Assembly (NCBI GenBank): GCA_021200475.1
Contig: JAJQGP010000003.1
Coordinates: forward strand, 18,836 to 82,835
Length of the DNA stretch: 64,000 nt
From: Lachnospiraceae bacterium
GTDB lineage: Bacteria > Bacillota > Clostridia > Lachnospirales > Lachnospiraceae
Direction: 5' to 3'
Of the stretch, positions 57,789 through 64,000 are shown piece by piece. Every line of letters begins with the position of its first letter. The first letter of the stretch is position 1. The notes under the pieces were generated by a model. It saw only the letters and a program-made list of their open reading frames with translations, was not told the DNA's origin and searched no databases. The translations under genes and the position numbers were made by a program.

Positions 57789-59216
57789 ATGATTTTTTTT
57801 CCGGAAGACAGGGAGAATGAAACAGAAAAGGAAAAAGAAGCAGCAAAGATAACAGGGGGAACAGAAGAGAAAACAGAAAATTCTGCCGGAACAGAGGCTG
57901 AAAACGGCATGGAAGGAGAATTATCCGGCCCGGAGGAGGAGCAGGAGCTTCTGATACAGACGCTGAAGAAGCAAGGCCAGAGGCGATTTTTCAATGGAAT
58001 GCTTCTTGGCATGCTGCTGGCGATTGCGGCGCTGGCCGTGGGGGTGTTTGCTCCGCGCGTGGTGCGGAACCTTCTTGGAAGGGGGAATCCGGGGGCCGAG
58101 GTGCTGACCAGCAGCAGTACGCTTTCCAAGCTGGCTGAGGTACAGGAGCTGATCGAAGCTTATTATCTGGACGAGGTAGACGGCGAATACCTGGAGGCTT
58201 ACCTGTTTAAGGGGATAGCGGCCGGACTGGAGGATGATTACGCGAATTATTACACGGCGGAGGAGCTTTCCTCTGTGGTAGACTCGACGAAGGGAGAGTA
58301 TTACGGAATTGGGGCGTCGATCGGGACGGATGCGGACACCGGTGAGTTTTACGTCGGTGAGGTCTATGAGGACAGTCCCGCCGAGGAGGGCGGCCTGCTG
58401 GTAAATGATGTAGTGCTGGCGGTGGATGGCGAAGCCGTGGATGCACTTACGCTGACGGAGCTGGTCTCGCTGATTAAGTCGAAGGATACGTTTGTCCTGT
58501 CCGTCTATCGGCCGGAGACAGAGGAGGAATTAGAGCTTACCATTACCTGCGGCGAGGTGATACCGACTTATGTGACATACGAGATGCTGGAAGACCAGGT
58601 TGGATACCTGATCCTGACAGAGTTTACCGCAAGTGCGGTGGATCAGTTCCAGGAGGCCATAGAGGAGCTGAACAGTCAGGGGATGGAGGCGCTGATTGTG
58701 GATTTGCGCGATAACCCGGGCGGTCTGCTTACCTCGGTATGTGATATTCTGGATGAGCTTTTGCCTGCTGACAGCCTGATGGTCTATACAGAAGATAAAA
58801 ATGGAAAGCGGGTGGAATACACGGCGGAGGGAGATCCCAGTGTGACCTGTGAGATAGCGGTGCTGGTCAATAATGGGAGTGCGAGCGCATCAGAGATTTT
58901 TGCGGGGGCCATCCAGGACTACGGACTCGGCCCAATCATCGGCACGCAGACGTATGGCAAAGGCGTTGTACAGAAAACCTACTCTCTCTCGGATGGCTCT
59001 GCATTTAAGCTGACGGTGGAAAATTATTATACGCCGAATGGACAGGAGATCGATGGCAGCGGCATTACGCCGGATATTATTGTGGAAGAGGATTCCCAGG
59101 GGGAGACCGGGACAGAAGAAGCAGCAGAGACCGCGGTGGATGAGGCCGGGGCAGAAGGCCTGGCGGAGGCAGACGACGCGGTTCTGATACGTGCGTGGGA
59201 GGAATTGACAGACTAA
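57789..59216 (+). CDS. ctpA: S41A C-terminal processing protease with PDZ domain
   Basis: GIGA PDZ motif, DLRDNPGGLL, SASASEIF, TYGKG.VQ; one TM helix. Confidence 0.92.
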   Translation: MIFFPEDRENETEKEKEAAKITGGTEEKTENSAGTEAENGMEGELSGPEEEQELLIQTLKKQGQRRFFNGMLLGMLLAIAALAVGVFAPRVVRNLLGRGNPGAEVLTSSSTLSKLAEVQELIEAYYLDEVDGEYLEAYLFKGIAAGLEDDYANYYTAEELSSVVDSTKGEYYGIGASIGTDADTGEFYVGEVYEDSPAEEGGLLVNDVVLAVDGEAVDALTLTELVSLIKSKDTFVLSVYRPETEEELELTITCGEVIPTYVTYEMLEDQVGYLILTEFTASAVDQFQEAIEELNSQGMEALIVDLRDNPGGLLTSVCDILDELLPADSLMVYTEDKNGKRVEYTAEGDPSVTCEIAVLVNNGSASASEIFAGAIQDYGLGPIIGTQTYGKGVVQKTYSLSDGSAFKLTVENYYTPNGQEIDGSGITPDIIVEEDSQGETGTEEAAETAVDEAGAEGLAEADDAVLIRAWEELTD

Positions 59217-59217
59217 G

Positions 59218-60021
59218 ATGGAGAACAGAATCATTTTTCGCGAAAAACTGACAGAACTGAAAGCAGCCGCGGAGGAGAAAGGCGGAATCCTGACCCGGGC
59301 GGAAATACGGGAAATGCTGAAAACCATGCCGCTGGAGGAAAAACATTTTCAATTAATTTTCGATTATCTTGCGGAACAGAAGATTCGTGTGGTAGAATCA
59401 GAGGAGGAGGCGAAGCTGGAGAATGCCGGCAAGGGCAAGGCCGGGATGGAAAGCGCCGGATATGATGAGGACTCCGAAACTGTCCCGGATGAAGAAGAGC
59501 GGCGCAGCCTCTCTCTTTATGTAGATGAGCTTTCTTCCCTTTCTGAGATCAATGACGCGCAGGAGCTTCGGCTGCTGGAGCAGATCCGCGGTGGGGATGA
59601 TGGGGCGAAGGAGAGCCTGATTGGTATTTACCTCCCGCTGATTTGCTCAATGGCAGAGGAGTATGGAGAAGAGGTACTTCCGGCGGAGGATCTGATTCAG
59701 GAAGGAAACCTTGGACTTCTTTCGGCGGTAAACTCCCTGGGGGAATTTGACAGTGCGGCGGCCTGCCGCGCCCATATTCTGAACCAGATCCGGGAAGCAA
59801 TGGAACAGGCGGTAAGCCAGGGACAGGATAAGCATCAGATGGATGAGGGACTGTTAAGCCGGATTAATCATCTGAATGAGGCTGTCCATAACCTGGAGCG
59901 TGATCTGGGGCACAAGGTGTCCGCGGAGGAGGTATCCGCATATCTGGAAATGCCGGTGGAGGAGATCGAGGATCTGCTGCGGGTGACCGGGGATCAGATC
60001 GAGACGGAATCGTTTCAGTAA
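59218..60021 (+). CDS. Truncated sigma70 (RpoD-like) paralog: regions 1.1, 1.2, 2 and 3, no region 4
   Basis: SLYVDEL, DLIQEGNLGLL, LERDLGHKVSAEEVS. Confidence 0.8.
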   Translation: MENRIIFREKLTELKAAAEEKGGILTRAEIREMLKTMPLEEKHFQLIFDYLAEQKIRVVESEEEAKLENAGKGKAGMESAGYDEDSETVPDEEERRSLSLYVDELSSLSEINDAQELRLLEQIRGGDDGAKESLIGIYLPLICSMAEEYGEEVLPAEDLIQEGNLGLLSAVNSLGEFDSAAACRAHILNQIREAMEQAVSQGQDKHQMDEGLLSRINHLNEAVHNLERDLGHKVSAEEVSAYLEMPVEEIEDLLRVTGDQIETESFQ

Positions 60022-60087
60022 ATCATGTACGTGTGATGGAAAGCCCGAAATCGTCATGCAGGCACAAGCAATCTGGAGGAAAGGAAA

Positions 60088-61527
60088 ATGAAAAAAACAA
60101 AAATTATCTGTACAATGGGACCGGCGTCGGATGACCGGGAAGTGATGAAAGCGCTGGCGCAAAGCGGGATGGATATCGCGCGCTTTAATTTTTCTCATGG
60201 AACGCATGAAGAACAGAAAGCGCGTTTCGACCAGCTCAAAAGCATCCGTCAGGAGATCAAAAAGCCGATTGCGATTCTTCTGGATACAAAGGGACCGGAG
60301 ATTCGCACAGGTCTGCTGAAAAATGGCGGTCCTGTAACGCTTCAGAGCGGAGCGGAATTTACGCTGACCTCTGAGACGATTGAAGGCGATGAGACAAGGG
60401 TCTGTCAGACCTATCCGCAGCTGGCGGAGGATGTGAAGCCGGGCGATACGATCCTCATTGACGATGGTCTGATTGGACTGACGGTGAAGGAGATTAAGGG
60501 TGCGGATATTGTCTGTACAGTGGAAAATGGCGGCAGCCTGGGACAGCGCAAGGGTGTAAATGTCCCGAATGTAAAGGTGAATCTGCCGGGCATCACGGAA
60601 AAAGACCGCGAGGATATTCTTTTTGGCATTCAGGAGGGGATCGATTTTATAGCAGCTTCCTTTGTGCGCGACGCGGAAGCGGTCAAAGAGATTAAGAATA
60701 TTCTGAAGGAGAATCATGCGGAGCAGATCAGCGTAATTGCAAAGATTGAAAATGCGGAGGGCATTCAGAATATTGATAAGATTATCCAGGCCGCGGATGG
60801 CATTATGGTGGCGCGCGGCGATATGGGAGTGGAGATTCCGCCCTATGATGTGCCGCACGTACAGCGGACGATTGTTGAGAAGTGCAATAAGAAATACAAG
60901 CCGGTCATCATTGCGACCCAGATGCTGGATTCTATGATCCGCAATCCGCGTCCGACCAGGGCAGAGGTGACGGACGTGGCGAATGCCATCCGTGAAGGCA
61001 CGGACGCGATTATGCTTTCCGGCGAGACTGCTGCCGGCCGGTATCCGCTGGAGGCGTTGAAGATGATGGTGCAGATTGCGGAGACAACCGAGAGCTATAT
61101 GACAGATGAGGTAATTACAAAAGAATTTTACGAGCTGCGCGGGGATGCGAATGTGTCGAGCGCGGTCGGTCTGGCGGCGATCCGTACGGCGCTGAATGTA
61201 AAGGCAGACTGTATCGTAACACCGACGATGAGCGGGCAGACGGCCCGCCTGATGTCGACCTTCCGTGCGCCGATGCCGATCTACGCGATCTCGCCGAATG
61301 ACTGGGCACTGCGGAAAATGCAGATCTACTGGGGCGTGACACCGCTGCAGGGCTACGCGGAGGATACGACGGAGCATATCATTTCTCATGCGATGTATAT
61401 CGTGAAACGCGATGGTTATGTCAAGCCTGGCGATATGGTGGTGCTCACAGCGGGCGACCCGGCGACCAACATGGTGAAGGGCAAGGGTGCGATGACGAAT
61501 ATGATGCATGTCATTCAGGCAAGATAA
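60088..61527 (+). CDS. pyk: Pyruvate kinase
   Basis: KTKIICTMGP, RFNFSHG, DTKGPEIR, KIEN, MVARGD, ATQML, MLSGETA. Confidence 0.97.
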   Translation: MKKTKIICTMGPASDDREVMKALAQSGMDIARFNFSHGTHEEQKARFDQLKSIRQEIKKPIAILLDTKGPEIRTGLLKNGGPVTLQSGAEFTLTSETIEGDETRVCQTYPQLAEDVKPGDTILIDDGLIGLTVKEIKGADIVCTVENGGSLGQRKGVNVPNVKVNLPGITEKDREDILFGIQEGIDFIAASFVRDAEAVKEIKNILKENHAEQISVIAKIENAEGIQNIDKIIQAADGIMVARGDMGVEIPPYDVPHVQRTIVEKCNKKYKPVIIATQMLDSMIRNPRPTRAEVTDVANAIREGTDAIMLSGETAAGRYPLEALKMMVQIAETTESYMTDEVITKEFYELRGDANVSSAVGLAAIRTALNVKADCIVTPTMSGQTARLMSTFRAPMPIYAISPNDWALRKMQIYWGVTPLQGYAEDTTEHIISHAMYIVKRDGYVKPGDMVVLTAGDPATNMVKGKGAMTNMMHVIQAR

Positions 61528-61661
61528 ATGCTGCTGCAAACCTAAGAAAAACTTAATGATTTTATGACAGGAATTTAACCGGCTTCTGCTAGACTGATCT
61601 GGCAGAAGCCGATGGCCTGTCTGCGGGACACGGCGGTTTCGGCAGAAAGGAGAAGCTGAAT

Positions 61662-62360
61662 ATGTACAACATTCTGGTTTGCGATGATGAGAAGGAGATT
61701 GTCGATGCGATTGAAATCTATCTGACGCAGGAAGGGTTCCGCGTGATCAAGGCCTACGACGGGGAGCAGGCTCTGGAGATTCTGAAAAAGGAGGAGATTC
61801 ACCTTCTGATCCTGGATCTGATGATGCCGAAAATGGATGGAATTCACGCGATTATGAAGATTCGTGAGGAGAGCAGTATCCCGATCATTATCCTCTCCGC
61901 AAAGACGCAGGATACGGACAAGGTACTGGGCCTGAATCTTGGTGCGGATGATTATGTGGCGAAGCCGTTTAACCCGCTGGAGCTGATCGCGCGGGTAAAG
62001 TCGCAGATCCGGCGCTATACGAATTTTGGAGCGGCGGCAGAGGCGGCGAATACAGAGCAGGTTTATTCGACGGGCGGCCTGGTGATCAATGACGACCGCA
62101 AAGAGGTCACGGTGGATGGCGAGCTGGTGAAGCTGACCCGGATCGAGTATAATATTCTGCTGTTTCTGGTAAAAAATAAGGGCAAGGTCTTTTCGATCGA
62201 TCAGATCTACGAGGAGATCTGGAAAGAAGAGGCTTTTGGGGCGGACAATACGGTGACGGTTCACATTCGCCATATCCGGGAGAAGATCGAGATTGACCCG
62301 AAAAATCCGAAGTATCTGAAGGTGATCTGGGGGATTGGCTACCGGGTGGAAAATATCTGA
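61662..62360 (+). CDS. OmpR-family response regulator
   Basis: CDDE, LDLMMP, GADDYVAKPF, HIRHIREK winged helix. Confidence 0.95.
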   Translation: MYNILVCDDEKEIVDAIEIYLTQEGFRVIKAYDGEQALEILKKEEIHLLILDLMMPKMDGIHAIMKIREESSIPIIILSAKTQDTDKVLGLNLGADDYVAKPFNPLELIARVKSQIRRYTNFGAAAEAANTEQVYSTGGLVINDDRKEVTVDGELVKLTRIEYNILLFLVKNKGKVFSIDQIYEEIWKEEAFGADNTVTVHIRHIREKIEIDPKNPKYLKVIWGIGYRVENI

Positions 62361-62426
62361 ATCGCTCCTTGCGCGAAGATCGTATGAAACCTGTCATATT
62401 CTCGCCGAAGCTGGAGGCTTTGCCAT

Positions 62427-64000
62427 ATGAAACGACTGATTTTGAAAAAGCCGGTAAAAGTTCTGCTGGTTTTGCTGCAGGCCGCGGCGGTCGGGGGGAT
62501 CGTGCTTTGCCTGTTTCATATCGGCTTCTGGATGGAAGATTCCTGGAGTCTGAATGAGCTTTCCCAGAGCTATGAGGAGTCCGACCTTTATTACCGTCAG
62601 GTGGAGGAAATCCTTTCCAATAAGATAGAAGGGCAGGACAATGTGCGTCTTCTGGAGACGGACGGAGAATTCAGCCGTGACAAACAGATTGACATCCAGT
62701 CCTATGATACGGTTGGAAATACCGTACAGGATATGAATACCACGTATCTTCTGGGGGATCTTCTGGATTATTATGAAAATGGCGGCTGGCAGATGCTGCA
62801 TGACGCGATTGCCGCGGCATCCGGAGACAGTACACGGGATGCGGGAGAACTCCTGGCTGAGCAGTCTGCGACCCTGGAGACCATTACCCCGATGACGGGA
62901 ATTACCCTGGAGGAGTGTTCCCACTGGTATTCTGATTCTGCCGGCTATGTGGAGCAGATGTATACGCTGCTTGACGAGGCGGTCGTGGATCTATATACGC
63001 GATATACAGAATATACGACCATACAGGATGAAAGCTGGTCCTCTGAGGCTCCGTCAAATTTACTGTATTATATCGAGAATACATCAAACGGCCTGGTCTA
63101 TACCAACATCAGCGCCGGTTCTTATGACGAAGCGGTTGCGGCCGCGGAGGCGGATGAGGAATATACCAGCCTTTATGAGGGGGAACGCAGCTTTAATATT
63201 ATGGTGACCAATCCGGAGCGTGTTTTGAACTCGGCCGCCTCGGAGTGGTTTCTGGGGAAACGGTTTGTGGCGACAAATGAAAAGGTCTATGTAGCGGTGA
63301 ATCTGTCTTATCCGGTGAGCGATGAGCTGCAGACCTGGGCGGAGTATTACGCGCAGCGGGAGACGATTATTCAGAGCTCTGTGGTCGGTGCGATTTTTTC
63401 CCTTGTTCTTCTGGGCTTCTGCTTTGCCGGATCTCTGCTGGGCGCCGGAACAAAACTGCTGTGGATGGATACCATCCCGACGGAGCTGGCTGCGGGGATT
63501 TATCTGATTCTTGCGATTTTATATTTCCTGCTGGCTTCCGAATGGGGGCGGGTAGCCGCAATTCTTCCGGAGCAGGAGAAAGTGCTGGGAGCGGCCGCGG
63601 CCTCCTCCGCCTGGCTGGTATTTTTGTCCGCCTGTCTGGGATTCCTGCGGCGGGCGCGATCGAAAACGCTTTGGACCAATTCGGTTACCCGTACGCTGAT
63701 CCGGACCTGGAAGCAGATCAATTCTGCGCGCGCGGCTTCCAGACAGCTGCTGTTCTTTTATATTGGTTTTTTTATTCTGAATATCCTTTTTTTACTTTTG
63801 TTTGGGCGTGCGGGTCTGGTTCTGGTCATTCTGCTGGATATGGCTGTGCTTTTGTATCTGCTGCGGGATATCGCCGGCAAACAGAGTATTTATGAAGGCA
63901 TTCATCAGCTCTCACAGGGGGATCTGAATTACCGGATTGACACCTCGACGCTGTCCGGAGAGTCACTGAAGATGGCGGAAGCGGTCAATGAGATGGGAGA
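62427..64000 (+). CDS. Sensor histidine kinase, N-terminal part (runs off the right edge)
   Basis: ATG at 62427 behind GGAGG; MKRLILKK plus TM helix, extracellular domain, further TM helices, HAMP-like end (QLSQGDLNYRID...AEAVNEMG); follows the response regulator. Not in the ORF track. Confidence 0.85.
   Translation, partial: MKRLILKKPVKVLLVLLQAAAVGGIVLCLFHIGFWMEDSWSLNELSQSYEESDLYYRQVEEILSNKIEGQDNVRLLETDGEFSRDKQIDIQSYDTVGNTVQDMNTTYLLGDLLDYYENGGWQMLHDAIAAASGDSTRDAGELLAEQSATLETITPMTGITLEECSHWYSDSAGYVEQMYTLLDEAVVDLYTRYTEYTTIQDESWSSEAPSNLLYYIENTSNGLVYTNISAGSYDEAVAAAEADEEYTSLYEGERSFNIMVTNPERVLNSAASEWFLGKRFVATNEKVYVAVNLSYPVSDELQTWAEYYAQRETIIQSSVVGAIFSLVLLGFCFAGSLLGAGTKLLWMDTIPTELAAGIYLILAILYFLLASEWGRVAAILPEQEKVLGAAAASSAWLVFLSACLGFLRRARSKTLWTNSVTRTLIRTWKQINSARAASRQLLFFYIGFFILNILFLLLFGRAGLVLVILLDMAVLLYLLRDIAGKQSIYEGIHQLSQGDLNYRIDTSTLSGESLKMAEAVNEMG

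Noticed and set aside
59854-61539. 561 aa antisense ORF opposite pyk, and similar long antisense ORFs (45147-46817, 7754-8839, 36926-38143, 20935-22239)
   Set aside because: These are shadow ORFs from biased codon usage of real + strand genes, with no motifs or SD.
1-64000. tRNA, rRNA, integrase or intact IS transposase
   Set aside because: I recognised no T-loop or anticodon-arm patterns, rRNA-like sequence, or DDE/tyrosine recombinase motifs. A tRNAscan-SE or Infernal run would be decisive.

Overview
A 64 kb chromosomal segment of a high-GC Lachnospiraceae-like Firmicute (inferred from gene content and style), with almost all genes on the + strand. From left to right it holds: (1) the start of a divergent Tat-signal gene that the ORF track misses; (2) an Ami/Opp-type peptide ABC operon with remodelled subunits (circularly permuted Tat-signal binding protein without a lipobox, an ATPase with a ~230 aa coiled-coil insert, an ATPase with a C-terminal membrane hairpin), followed by a degenerate ApbE-like protein; (3) an AT-richer accessory patch (ABC exporter, small protein, Rpn-like nuclease with an internal SD+ATG, YgjP-like M48 protein, MNT-HEPN pair with a frameshifted toxin); (4) a Tat-exported FMN-bind/FAD reductase divergent from a ~31 kb glycoside/uronate locus (GH78, GH2 beta-glucuronidase, M14 hydrolase, MATE, sugar ABC, GH28, TIM-barrel isomerase, YesL, GH105, kdgK, MFS, uxaB, uxaA, GH2, GH115, polyol dehydrogenase); (5) a DnaA-box cluster upstream of dnaD-dnaI; (6) housekeeping genes (prs, murC, glgCD, spoVG, S41 protease, truncated sigma70 paralog, pyk, a two-component system cut by the window end). 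At least three families of dispersed palindromic REP/MITE-like elements occur between genes, and many proteins carry apparent in-frame insertions, some of them palindromic. I saw no rRNA, tRNA or CRISPR array. All family assignments rest on motif recognition from memory; no database search was run.
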